In this document: piece by piece, positions 55,698 through 64,000 of the stretch
Layout of the letters: each line of letters starts with the position of its first letter
Position numbering within the stretch: position 1 is the stretch's first letter
IMG/VR virus record: IMGVR_UViG_3300020419_001132
Source of the DNA: a virus
Taxonomy: Duplodnaviria > Caudoviricetes
Length of the DNA: 64,000 bases
Direction: 5' to 3' (one strand)
Program-made: the position numbers and the translations under genes
Notes under the pieces: generated by a model
The model's database searches: none
Told to the model about the DNA's origin: nothing
What the model saw: the letters and a program-made list of their open reading frames with translations, nothing else

Positions 55698-58350
55698 ACA
55701 AGCTACTAAATGTGTTTTGTTGTTTAGTATCTTCTAAATTATAGTTTAGCACACCAATAAGATTGTCAAGTTTATTGTCAATAATAGTTTCTTCCATAGC
55801 ATCATTATCAAATGGAAGTTCTTTAAACCAATCTGGTATACGTAATTCATCTGTAGGATATGCAACACTAGTATAACCAAGTGGGTTATTTTTAAGTTTA
55901 CATACAATAACTTTCATTCCGTCAACTATTTCCTGCGAATACTTGTCTCCGTTCATACGTTTTAGTGTATTCCAGTTAATACTTGCTCTAACATGTCCGG
56001 GCATATTTGCCTTTCCTTGTTTTTCTTCTAGCCTTCTATAGTGTCCAACTTTATTAGCACGTTTGGGAGAGCCTTTCTCCCAACCGGGACGTTCTTTAAA
56101 GTCTCGCCTAAATTCTGTAATACGTTCTAGTACTTGCTCCTGTGGAATATCTGTAAGCACCATTAGTAATAGCTCACTTAAAAACTGTTGCATGAATACT
56201 GGCGTATCGGATCTTCGTAAGTCTAAGCCCATTGCTTTTACTTTACCTGGCTTACCGTCTACGTCACTTCTAAAGCCTTCAATATCATATACTAGTGCCG
56301 CATAACGTTTTTTAGTAATATAAAGTCCGCTTTCTGCTACAATTTCTCTACCTGCGGCAATAACATCTGATCTGCTTTTAGGACAATGAAATGCAGTTAA
56401 CATAAACTTTTCAAATGTTGTATTTGCTTCTTCTGCAACTTGGTCGTATAGGGTAATAACGTTATCTTTTGACCAAGGAATATTACCAGCCTCGATATCT
56501 TTTTTAAGTGTAGGATAAGCACTAAAATAAACAGAATCTGTATCACCATATATAACTGCTTGGCCTACATGATCATATGTTCCTGTTATTACCTTGTTTA
56601 CCTCAGCACTCATATGCTTAACAATAGTCCTGCCAGACAATGTTGTTGACTGACCAATACGTTTATCAAAGAATCTACAACCAGGATTAAGTATAGCACC
56701 ATATAAACTGTTTAAGTTAATCTTTTTAACAAGTTGTCTTTTGTCCCAATATTCAGTTTCTATTGCATTGCCGGCATCTTTTGCTTTTTTAAGTTGGGCT
56801 TGTAACTCTTTACGTTCTGCATACCAACGTGCAAGGATTCCAGGTATAACACCTTCAAACTCAGTTGTAAAAATAGTTCCATTAGAACTAAGCATCCAAG
56901 GCATGTTGCTGTCAAATACTAGCTTGTAGATTTCAGCACCACTCATTACTTGACTTTCTTGGTTTTCAAAGTCAACTGTAATGGCAATGTCTTTTCTCTT
57001 TGCCATGACTGCTTCGTATTCTTCTGAGCCGAACTTTCCTTCCCATGCTCCTGCAAAAGACTTCTTTTGCAGTACCATTGCATCATGTAGCATTGCTTCT
57101 GTATGCTCAGCACGTAGTTGTCCAACAATAGTTTCTGGAGCCATATTCAATGCACGAATTACACTAGGATACAGACTGTTTAAGTCCATTGACCCAATCC
57201 ATTTATGCAAACCTTTTTTAGGAAATGCTACATAGGCACCTGCGGCCGCAGTATTTTCGTCATCACGTTTTGGTCTGTTAGGAACTTGTAGTCCTCTATG
57301 ATGAGCTTCGTTGATAATTGCTTGTTCTGTAACTGCTACTGCACCCATAGTGGTTTGAAGCAAAACAGTATTTGCATGTGCTAGTTCGTTACTTAGATCA
57401 ATAAATCTTAGTTTTTTGTCCAGCTTGTCCAGTAATGCGGTATCTTGTATGTTGTATTCAATGAACTTTCTAAAGTCATTGTTGTACAGTTGATCCAAAG
57501 TTCCTTCATACGGAACCTTATTCTCTCCAACTTCGAGCTCGCCAATTGCATCAAGTCTATAAGTGTGTCTTTCTTCATATGTATATTTACGATATAATTC
57601 TAAACTATCTAAATGTACCCTGCCTACTAGGTCATAGGTTACAGCTGATTTGCCGTACTTTTCATATTCACGTTTTTTAGGAAGTTGTTTCCATAAGCAA
57701 AATCTTCTTGTGTCATCTTTGCTTAGTACCCTACTAGTTCTATTTACTGTATAAGGTATATCATAACCTTCACTGTTCCAGCCTGATAATATATCAGCAT
57801 CTTCGATTAATGTTAAGAAAGTGTCGATCATTTCACCTTCTTTTTCAAACAACATTACATTTTCAATGCCTTCAAGTTCTTTCTTTGCTTGATCCATTGT
57901 AAGTGTTTTAGGAGGAACGGCTAAACATATCATTGTTTCCATCCACTGTAAGTAAACACTTATACTTGTAATTGGCATAAACGGATCTGCAGGATCAGCA
58001 AATCCTCGTTCTGGGTCATAATCTGTCTCAATGTCAAAAAATGCAATGTTTAGTTTAGGTGCATCTTGATTGAGATAGTTTTCGCTTAGACATTGGAATA
58101 TAGGATTTATGTCGCTTTCAAAAAGTTCTTTGCCTTTGTTGATAGCAACTTCTTTACGAAAGTCCTTTGTGTTTTTAGAAACAATCCTCGTTAAAGGATC
58201 ACCATATATACTTTTATGTTTACCTTTTAGATCTTTGTAATAGAATGTATATTTTACGGGATATTCGTGAAATCTTCGTTTGCCGTCTACTCTTTCGACG
58301 ACCTTTATTATATCTTGATCACGGTCAAAGACCGCATCTACGTAACTCAT
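55681..58350 (-). CDS. polB: Family B DNA polymerase (T4 gp43-like)
   Basis: Exo FDIETD; pol motifs DLNSLYPS, KINLNSLYG, YGDTDS; no insertion seen. Confidence 0.97.
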   Translation of the reverse strand: MSYVDAVFDRDQDIIKVVERVDGKRRFHEYPVKYTFYYKDLKGKHKSIYGDPLTRIVSKNTKDFRKEVAINKGKELFESDINPIFQCLSENYLNQDAPKLNIAFFDIETDYDPERGFADPADPFMPITSISVYLQWMETMICLAVPPKTLTMDQAKKELEGIENVMLFEKEGEMIDTFLTLIEDADILSGWNSEGYDIPYTVNRTSRVLSKDDTRRFCLWKQLPKKREYEKYGKSAVTYDLVGRVHLDSLELYRKYTYEERHTYRLDAIGELEVGENKVPYEGTLDQLYNNDFRKFIEYNIQDTALLDKLDKKLRFIDLSNELAHANTVLLQTTMGAVAVTEQAIINEAHHRGLQVPNRPKRDDENTAAAGAYVAFPKKGLHKWIGSMDLNSLYPSVIRALNMAPETIVGQLRAEHTEAMLHDAMVLQKKSFAGAWEGKFGSEEYEAVMAKRKDIAITVDFENQESQVMSGAEIYKLVFDSNMPWMLSSNGTIFTTEFEGVIPGILARWYAERKELQAQLKKAKDAGNAIETEYWDKRQLVKKINLNSLYGAILNPGCRFFDKRIGQSTTLSGRTIVKHMSAEVNKVITGTYDHVGQAVIYGDTDSVYFSAYPTLKKDIEAGNIPWSKDNVITLYDQVAEEANTTFEKFMLTAFHCPKSRSDVIAAGREIVAESGLYITKKRYAALVYDIEGFRSDVDGKPGKVKAMGLDLRRSDTPVFMQQFLSELLLMVLTDIPQEQVLERITEFRRDFKERPGWEKGSPKRANKVGHYRRLEEKQGKANMPGHVRASINWNTLKRMNGDKYSQEIVDGMKVIVCKLKNNPLGYTSVAYPTDELRIPDWFKELPFDNDAMEETIIDNKLDNLIGVLNYNLEDTKQQNTFSSLFDFGE

Positions 58351-58360
58351 TTTCTCTCCT

Positions 58361-58411
58361 CGTTGCTTATGGCCAACGTACCTTCTACATGCCCGCCAAT
58401 CGGCCTAGGGC
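58361..58411 (-). promoter_or_regulatory. Structured 5' leader of polB (two hairpins)
   Basis: On -: GCCC-UAG-GCC-GAUU-GGC-GGGC, then CGUUG-GCCAUAAG-CAACG abutting SD AGGAG. Confidence 0.5.
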
Positions 58412-58426
58412 GTTTGTTGTATTTAA

Positions 58427-58687
58427 CTACTTGTCTTTACCAACGGTAGCAACAAGAACTTCTAAATCTTCAAATTCATCTGCAACTCTACTCCAGTCGC
58501 CTTTTTGTGCAACTTTTATAGCTTTGTTAATCAATGCAGGTTTGATCTCTAACTCTTCTGCAATTGATTTTACTGTGTCTCTTAAACCTTCTTGTAGGTC
58601 TTCTACTTCTTGTAAAACATTGACACCTTCGTTTACAAGTCTTTCAAGTTTTGCCTTTTCTTCTGCACCGTATACACGACTGCTCAT
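58427..58687 (-). CDS. DsbA/GapR-like small DNA-binding protein
   Basis: 86-aa helical pattern resembling T4 DsbA. Confidence 0.5.
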   Translation of the reverse strand: MSSRVYGAEEKAKLERLVNEGVNVLQEVEDLQEGLRDTVKSIAEELEIKPALINKAIKVAQKGDWSRVADEFEDLEVLVATVGKDK

Positions 58688-58710
58688 ATTGATCTCCTAA
58701 TGTTTAACTA

Positions 58711-58739
58711 AGTATACTATAAGTTTGCCTGTTTGTCAA
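58711..58739 (-). promoter_or_regulatory. sigma70-type promoter
   Basis: TTGACA-N17-TATACT. Confidence 0.8.
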
Positions 58740-58941
58740 GCATTTTTTTATATGCTTCTTCAAAACCATCCAAAGTGCCGTTAAATTCTACACTTTCCCC
58801 TTGTAACCTGCACCACATTCGTTTGAAATAGCCGTTGTAACAACTGTAAATGGTATCCATAGATGAATTCAAATGACCCTTTACAATCCAGAACATTTGA
58901 CAAGCCTCCTTATGTGAGGGGTTGTCCTCGCCGTCCGCCAT
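58717..58941 (-). CDS. Hypothetical protein
   Basis: 74 aa, directly follows the upstream stop. Confidence 0.6.
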   Translation of the reverse strand: MADGEDNPSHKEACQMFWIVKGHLNSSMDTIYSCYNGYFKRMWCRLQGESVEFNGTLDGFEEAYKKMLDKQANL

Positions 58942-59412
58942 TTATTTGAAATTTCTAAGTGAGTGGTATAATTGGTCCTTAACAGACTCTTCTTTTGGTT
59001 GTTCTTTGGGCCTTTGCCCTTTTAGTATTCTATTCATAGATACTAAACTACTTCTAAATCTAGGTTCAGTAAGTAGCTTTGTTATTAATCCTACATAAGG
59101 ACTGAGTGCATTTCTTTCATTTGGAGTTAATGTTTCTCCTGCTACTGCTTTTTGTAAGCCTCTAGCTACTAGTATATTTGGGTCATCGGAATCTAAGTCT
59201 GATTTAAGTGCTGAAATAGCGGCCGACAATCTATTGGTATCAATGTCATCTTCGCCTACAAGTTTGTCTTTCAAAGGATGTGGTTGTGAACCGTTTTTAC
59301 TTGGTGTAGAAGTTTTTGGTGTTGGATCTTTGCCTTTTGCCTGTCCAGGAGAGCCCATCTTTTGCTTTTCATTTACACCTGCTAGTGTTCGTATTTCATC
59401 AAATATACTCAT
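58942..59412 (-). CDS. Hypothetical protein with LAGVNE motif (putative internal virion protein)
   Basis: MSIFDEIRTLAGVNE; TAAATA upstream. Confidence 0.65.
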   Translation of the reverse strand: MSIFDEIRTLAGVNEKQKMGSPGQAKGKDPTPKTSTPSKNGSQPHPLKDKLVGEDDIDTNRLSAAISALKSDLDSDDPNILVARGLQKAVAGETLTPNERNALSPYVGLITKLLTEPRFRSSLVSMNRILKGQRPKEQPKEESVKDQLYHSLRNFK

Positions 59413-59420
59413 AATAATAT

Positions 59421-59651
59421 TTAGTCCCTCAATGCGGCGTAGCCTTTGTCCTTGGCAATTTCAATAGCTCTTCTTGCGTCTAATGGTTTAATTTTAGGAA
59501 ATTTTTTCTTCAACATTTTAAGAAGTACTCTTTCAGGATAAATGTTTACCTTAGGCACAATATAAGGAAGATATTCGGTCTTCATTTCCTTGCCCGACCA
59601 ATCCATCCATTTGGGCCAACCCCATCCTTCTGTAATTTGGTGTGCTAACAT
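59421..59651 (-). CDS. Hypothetical protein
   Basis: True start is probably ATG 59651 (MLAHQITEG...), just after the stop of the Cys-rich peptide. Confidence 0.65.
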   Translation of the reverse strand: MLAHQITEGWGWPKWMDWSGKEMKTEYLPYIVPKVNIYPERVLLKMLKKKFPKIKPLDARRAIEIAKDKGYAALRD

Positions 59652-59652
59652 A

Positions 59653-59760
59653 TTACTTACAATGTTTACAACTGCAACCTGTACAAACATCATTTGCACA
59701 GTCTAAACATTCTTCACCGCAATGATGGTCATGTCCACATTTCTCGCACTTGCATTCCAT
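59653..59760 (-). CDS. Metallothionein-like Cys/His-rich peptide (35 aa, not in ORF track)
   Basis: MECKCEKCGHDHHCGEECLDCANDVCTGCSCKHCK*; SD AGGAGAGG; fills the intergenic gap. Confidence 0.75.
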   Translation of the reverse strand: MECKCEKCGHDHHCGEECLDCANDVCTGCSCKHCK

Positions 59761-59779
59761 AGTCCTCTCCTAAATTATG

Positions 59780-60466
59780 TTATTTTTTTTGTTCTTTTTT
59801 ATAACGTGCTAAAAACTGCTTGTGTTTCGCATGGCTCTCTGCCGCATCTGGGCTTTTCTTATAAATTTTTAGCCAACCCTTATATTCTAAGTCATCTTTG
59901 GAACTGCTCTCTTTTACTTTTCCATATGTTTTACAAGGGTCTTGGCCACAACCACAGTTCTTTTTCTTTTCAACAAGTTTGTTGTTTAGCTTTTCTGATA
60001 GTACATTTTTGTATGGCGTAGGTGCTTTTGCATGGTACTTAGATTCAGCAAATTTCATTTCATAATCTAAGTTGTGGAAAACAGAAGATATGTAATCAGC
60101 GGCTTTAGTAATTTTACTTTGTTGCCAACCTTGTAGTCCTTCTGCTTCTGAAATATTTTTTAGCATATTATGGAGTTTAATAGAATATTTTGCAAGTTTG
60201 TATAAGTCTGATCTAGCCATATCAACTTCGTGATCTTTTTCGACCATATCAGCCATCATTGCCATATTCGAACCTTCTTCTACCGAATCTTTAATTTTAA
60301 CACAGTTATCAACTGTCTTGCCACCTTTTTTCTTAGTGCCCATACGTTTATAGCCCTTCCAACAAACCTTGCCATCTACACCTTTTTGTTTTTCTTCGTC
60401 TAGTGTAGTGTAACTAGGGTTACCACAATCTGGGCATAATTCGCTTTCAAAATGTTTTAATCTCAT
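59780..60466 (-). CDS. Modular hypothetical protein (putative internal virion protein)
   Basis: Short modules CPDCG; CWKGY..DNCVK; DHEVDMARSDL; CGCGQDPC separated by Glu sites. Confidence 0.7.
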   Translation of the reverse strand: MRLKHFESELCPDCGNPSYTTLDEEKQKGVDGKVCWKGYKRMGTKKKGGKTVDNCVKIKDSVEEGSNMAMMADMVEKDHEVDMARSDLYKLAKYSIKLHNMLKNISEAEGLQGWQQSKITKAADYISSVFHNLDYEMKFAESKYHAKAPTPYKNVLSEKLNNKLVEKKKNCGCGQDPCKTYGKVKESSSKDDLEYKGWLKIYKKSPDAAESHAKHKQFLARYKKEQKK

Positions 60467-60484
60467 AACATGCTCCTGTTATAG

Positions 60485-60492
60485 TATTTATG
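60485..60492 (-). promoter_or_regulatory. T4-late-like promoter
   Basis: CATAAATA upstream of SD AGGAG and ATG 60466. Confidence 0.5.
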
Positions 60493-60493
60493 T

Positions 60494-60880
60494 CTAACCG
60501 GCATGCATTGCCGCCATGTGAGCCTTATACTTTTTAGTTCCTTTTTTATGTGGACTTTTACCTTCTACCTTCTTTTTCTTTTTCTTGCCCATACGTGATA
60601 CAACACCTGGACCACCATTAGCAAAACCGTTACCTCCGCCCATACTAGTTGCTATTGCACTTGAACTTGTGGTTTCTAATATGTAATCGCCTTCTTTATG
60701 CTGTTTTACGTCTTTCATTTTTGACATTACTTTTTGTGCATCTTCTTTGTGTCCTGCATCTTTACATGCTTTTTTTATTGCACCTAGACCTGCGGCTCCG
60801 CCTTCTTTCTTGAGTGTTTTACGTATGCAATCCTCGATTGATCCTTTAGATTTGCTTTCTACTATTTCATATACTTTCAT
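60494..60880 (-). CDS. Basic modular hypothetical protein
   Basis: MKVYEIVES..., ETTSSSAIAT module, K-rich tail; start 60880 (ATGA overlap). Confidence 0.7.
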   Translation of the reverse strand: MKVYEIVESKSKGSIEDCIRKTLKKEGGAAGLGAIKKACKDAGHKEDAQKVMSKMKDVKQHKEGDYILETTSSSAIATSMGGGNGFANGGPGVVSRMGKKKKKKVEGKSPHKKGTKKYKAHMAAMHAG

Positions 60881-62445
60881 TTCTTTCTCCCAGATTTCAT
60901 ATTTGCACACCAATGATACATTTTAGCTTTTTCACCTGATGCATTTTTTGCCTTTTTACGTAGACTAGTAACACTACCGTTGCAACTAGCACCTGAACGT
61001 TTTACACGTCCTGGTCTGCTTTTACCCTTTTTTTTACCGTCTGCAAAGTTTTCTACGATTGCTTTTATTTTCCATGGCAACCTAGCAACTTCAACTTCCT
61101 TTATATTTAACATTTTAAGAGCATCTAGTCTATGATGCCCATTAATTATTTTATTGTCACAGTCTACTACAATATGATTGTATTTACCAGCTGTCAATCT
61201 GTCAACCTGTCTTTTAAAGTTTTCCATAATACGTTCTTGTTGCACAGGGATAAGATCTTTTACTTGTACTTTTTCTATTGTATGTTTAATATTTTGTAAA
61301 TTTTTATTTTTTATTTGTGGAAGTTGGTCTCTTGTATAAGATTCCTTCTTTTGTTGATTCATTGCTATTGCGTAAATAGCACCTTCTGGATCCATTCCTT
61401 TTTCTTTAGCCCATTTTGCTATATTTTTTTTTGCTTTGGGTTTACTTTTTAGTTTGTCAGCTTTTTTATGGGCTGACTTAATATCCGACTTGCTCATATC
61501 TTCTTTCATTAGTGTTTTTAAATTTCTAGCTGTTCTTTCAAACTTATGATCTTTATGTTTAAAGCCCATACCACCAGCGGCTTCCCATTTTCCTATGTTT
61601 ATTCCGTAGTCGTCAATTAGTATGTTAGGAGTGCCATCAGATTGAGATGCGTACTTGGCTTTATCAAATGTAATAATAATATTCTTAGGTGGAAAGAATG
61701 ATAAGTGTTTTTCAATCCATTGTCTTTTATGTGGTTCTGAATTAGGATCATCTGGCAACGGACTGCTTAAAATGTTGTACGATCCTTTGATGTCTTTGAT
61801 TAGAGATAGTAGGTTTTTTGCATTACTTGTCACTGGCAAATTTAGCCAAAAATCTTCTGTATCTCTTATCTTTTGCAAGGCTGGTTTTATGTCTTTTATG
61901 TTTCTCCAATCCTTACCAACAAGTTTTTTCCAGTCTCCAAAAAAATCTGCTAATACACCGTCCATGTCAACATAGATCTCACTTTGTGCATTTATGTCTT
62001 CTTTTACTTGTTCTTTTTCTTTTTTTCTATTCTTAGATATCTGATGTGCAAAATATCCTCCTGCACTACCACCTATTAAATATCTAAGGAAATCTACAAC
62101 TACTTCAGGACTCACACCAGGTGGCATTCTTCTAAGGAATTCTGTCATTATTTCCTTAGCTTTTTTTGCTCCTTTTTTCTTAGCTAATAGTGTAAAAGCC
62201 GCGACTATGATTGGCCAAACTTGTATTGCTTCTGTAACTTGTACTGATTCTGCAAGTCCTAAGTTATAGAGAACATTAGTGCTTTTACCTTTTACTTTTT
62301 TACTTAATGTAGGAGGTCTTCCGTCTTTGTCTACAGTATTACCAAACTTTTTTGCTTGTCTTGGGATTTCATTAGTACCCACATCAACTGTTGTGTTAAC
62401 ACCCTTTACTATTCTGCCGTCTTCGTATAATTCACCTACTTTCAT
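60877..62445 (-). CDS. Multidomain protein with a 5'(3')-deoxyribonucleotidase (HAD) domain and a ParB/Srx-like domain
   Basis: IYVDMDGVLADF..LIDDY; VKDLIPVQ..IVVD..IINGHHRL; plus several short modules. Confidence 0.75.
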   Translation of the reverse strand: MKVGELYEDGRIVKGVNTTVDVGTNEIPRQAKKFGNTVDKDGRPPTLSKKVKGKSTNVLYNLGLAESVQVTEAIQVWPIIVAAFTLLAKKKGAKKAKEIMTEFLRRMPPGVSPEVVVDFLRYLIGGSAGGYFAHQISKNRKKEKEQVKEDINAQSEIYVDMDGVLADFFGDWKKLVGKDWRNIKDIKPALQKIRDTEDFWLNLPVTSNAKNLLSLIKDIKGSYNILSSPLPDDPNSEPHKRQWIEKHLSFFPPKNIIITFDKAKYASQSDGTPNILIDDYGINIGKWEAAGGMGFKHKDHKFERTARNLKTLMKEDMSKSDIKSAHKKADKLKSKPKAKKNIAKWAKEKGMDPEGAIYAIAMNQQKKESYTRDQLPQIKNKNLQNIKHTIEKVQVKDLIPVQQERIMENFKRQVDRLTAGKYNHIVVDCDNKIINGHHRLDALKMLNIKEVEVARLPWKIKAIVENFADGKKKGKSRPGRVKRSGASCNGSVTSLRKKAKNASGEKAKMYHWCANMKSGRKK

Positions 62446-62663
62446 TTCTTCCTGCCTCTAAATTGAACAGGTCCAGTCATGTAGGGTTTAGAAAACCATA
62501 GCTTAAACCAGTCAGCATCTCCAGGCTTAACTCCTAGTTTCTTTTCTTTACGTTTTAATTCTGCGGCTGTTTCAGAGGGGTTTTCGTCTATCTTGTATTC
62601 AGTAAATCCTTTGAACTCATTTACACCTGCAAGACGTTTTAGTTCTTCAATACTAGAATACAT
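62442..62663 (-). CDS. Hypothetical protein with LAGVNE motif
   Basis: IEELKRLAGVNE; PGDADWFKLWFS. Confidence 0.7.
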   Translation of the reverse strand: MYSSIEELKRLAGVNEFKGFTEYKIDENPSETAAELKRKEKKLGVKPGDADWFKLWFSKPYMTGPVQFRGRKK

Positions 62664-62667
62664 TAGA

Positions 62668-64000
62668 CTACCCCTTTACACCTACATCTGGATTAACTGC
62701 CCTTGGTGCTTGAGGTGCTCTTTGTTTTGCTATTCTAGCATTTTGATCTTGATTAGTTTTGTCTAATGACGCCCACCATTCCTTAGCACCTGCGATTGCC
62801 TGATTAGCAGGAATACTACGTCCGTTTTTAAGGAATTTTACATCAGCAATAGCCATTAGTTGTTTTAATCTTTCTGAGTGATTTACATTAGGCATAGGTC
62901 TGCCCATTTGGCTTTGCCGTGTATATGCTAAGTATTTGTCTATAGACTTTTGCATTCTTTCTTTGCCGTATTTTTGTAATTTTGCTGGATTAGATTTTAA
63001 AACTATTGTTACATCATTAAAAGGATCAAACATTGCATTTTTAACTGTTACCCCCGACTTGTCTTTATTTACTGAGAAGCCGCCAGCTCCTACTCCAATA
63101 TTACCGGAGTCTGCTATTTTGTTGCCCTTCATATCATACGTTGCACTTTGGTCTACGTTTGCCTCTCCATTATCAGTTTTAACACTAGTTACAAAATTTA
63201 ATTTAATTTTTCTTTGCACATAGTCATATGTATATTCCAATCCTTTGATAGCTGGTGTTTTCCACATTGTCATTCTTCCATCGACAAATGTGTACTTACC
63301 TCCGCCATTGCTTACATGTACTTTATTGTCATCATATTTGTCTTGTACATAGGTTGTTCCATCATCTGCAGTATATCCAGTTCTGTTAACTGGTATAGTT
63401 GCATCTGGTGCCTTAGGTGGATTTTGTGGCTTAAGAACCTTTATTTTATCCGGTAAAGTATCTCCAACTGCTTCGTTTTTTTGACCCTGACCAAAAACTT
63501 TCTTGCGTCTTTTAAAATCCTTTTTTACTTTGTCCACAACATCTTTAACTATATTTTCACCAATAGCATCGACACCCATTAAACCTTGTAGTTTTTTAAA
63601 CATTTCTTCTGCAAAAGGTAATGCAGATTTTGTAACACCTAACTTGAATGCTTCTATATCATTATCCATTACAGTTTGTCGTAATTTACTTGCACTCATA
63701 CCCGTGGCATCTTCTGCATCTGGATCTCTAGTTAACCGCACTAGTTTTAAAGTATCAAAATTGTAATCGTGTTGATCCATTTTTTTACCATTGTATGATT
63801 GAAGTACATTGCCCATTTTAGGCTCACCTTCTAGATATATTAGATCAGTGTAACCCATTTTATATAATCTATCAGCCGCCAAAAAAGGACTCTTAGCAAG
63901 TCCTACAGCAATGCCGTTAAAACTTTTTTGTGCCCATGCTAATTTTTCTTCGGAACTTAATGGATCTGTAGGAAGTTTAGATGCTCTATCACTTAAAAAC
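62668..64000 (-). CDS. Cytidyltransferase-like (HIGH superfamily) domain plus additional modules; 5'-truncated by the window edge
   Basis: Frame is open to the window edge (..LSDRASKLPTDPLSSEEKLAWAQK..); GMSASKLR (KMSKS-like) signature. Confidence 0.6.
   Translation of the reverse strand, partial: FLSDRASKLPTDPLSSEEKLAWAQKSFNGIAVGLAKSPFLAADRLYKMGYTDLIYLEGEPKMGNVLQSYNGKKMDQHDYNFDTLKLVRLTRDPDAEDATGMSASKLRQTVMDNDIEAFKLGVTKSALPFAEEMFKKLQGLMGVDAIGENIVKDVVDKVKKDFKRRKKVFGQGQKNEAVGDTLPDKIKVLKPQNPPKAPDATIPVNRTGYTADDGTTYVQDKYDDNKVHVSNGGGKYTFVDGRMTMWKTPAIKGLEYTYDYVQRKIKLNFVTSVKTDNGEANVDQSATYDMKGNKIADSGNIGVGAGGFSVNKDKSGVTVKNAMFDPFNDVTIVLKSNPAKLQKYGKERMQKSIDKYLAYTRQSQMGRPMPNVNHSERLKQLMAIADVKFLKNGRSIPANQAIAGAKEWWASLDKTNQDQNARIAKQRAPQAPRAVNPDVGVKG

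Noticed and set aside
55681-58350. Intein or intron in the DNA polymerase
   Set aside because: 889 aa is a normal length, motifs are contiguous, and there are no intein splice or LAGLIDADG signatures.
394-63766. Many 60-170 aa ORFs in the track that are antisense to, or out of frame within, longer genes (e.g. 394..636, 8592..8957, 37907..38431, 50588..51007, 58245..58700)
   Set aside because: They lie inside well-supported genes, lack SD sites and recognisable motifs, and are expected shadow ORFs.
1-64000. CRISPR array, tRNA/rRNA genes, IS elements, introns
   Set aside because: No regularly spaced direct repeats, cloverleafs, transposase, integrase or homing endonuclease motifs seen by eye; intergenic gaps are nearly all under about 110 nt. 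A tRNAscan/Rfam run would be needed to be certain.
1-64000. Stop-codon reassignment (alternative genetic code)
   Set aside because: Genes tile almost completely under the standard code with full-length domains, and TAA, TGA and TAG all appear as real stops.

Overview
The window is a densely coding, AT-rich segment of a large T4-like (myovirus-type) dsDNA bacteriophage genome. Support: Shine-Dalgarno sites, overlapping stop/start codons, sigma70 and T4-late-like promoters, a family B DNA polymerase, a T4-type RNase H, a sliding-clamp-like gene and tail-fibre-like genes. The host cannot be determined from this window. Transcription is mostly + from 1 to 27729 and - from 27716 to 64000. Block 1 (about 1-33.9 kb) is a tailoring-enzyme island between two virion-structural-type genes. 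It holds 12 radical SAM proteins, about 11 Fe(II)/2OG-type double-stranded beta-helix oxygenases, 3 glycosyltransferase-like genes, 2 sulfotransferases, 2 methyltransferases, a PLP enzyme, a nitroreductase, a kinase-like gene, a thioesterase, an SDR and a desaturase. Block 2 (35-43 kb) has hypothetical genes, a MoxR-like AAA/VWA pair, RNase H and an MBD4-like glycosylase. Block 3 (43-58 kb) is a 7-deazaguanine DNA-modification locus (queE, folE, a QueD/DpdL-like gene, dpdA) interleaved with a GT-B glycosyltransferase, a 2OG oxygenase, a PRTase, a HIT protein and nucleotide-sugar enzymes, next to the clamp and polymerase. Block 4 (58.4-64 kb) has modular, Glu-delimited proteins that may be protease-processed internal head proteins, plus an unlisted 35-aa, 10-Cys metallothionein-like peptide. 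I recognised no tRNA, rRNA, CRISPR array or mobile element. All product calls come from motifs read by eye; no database search was run.
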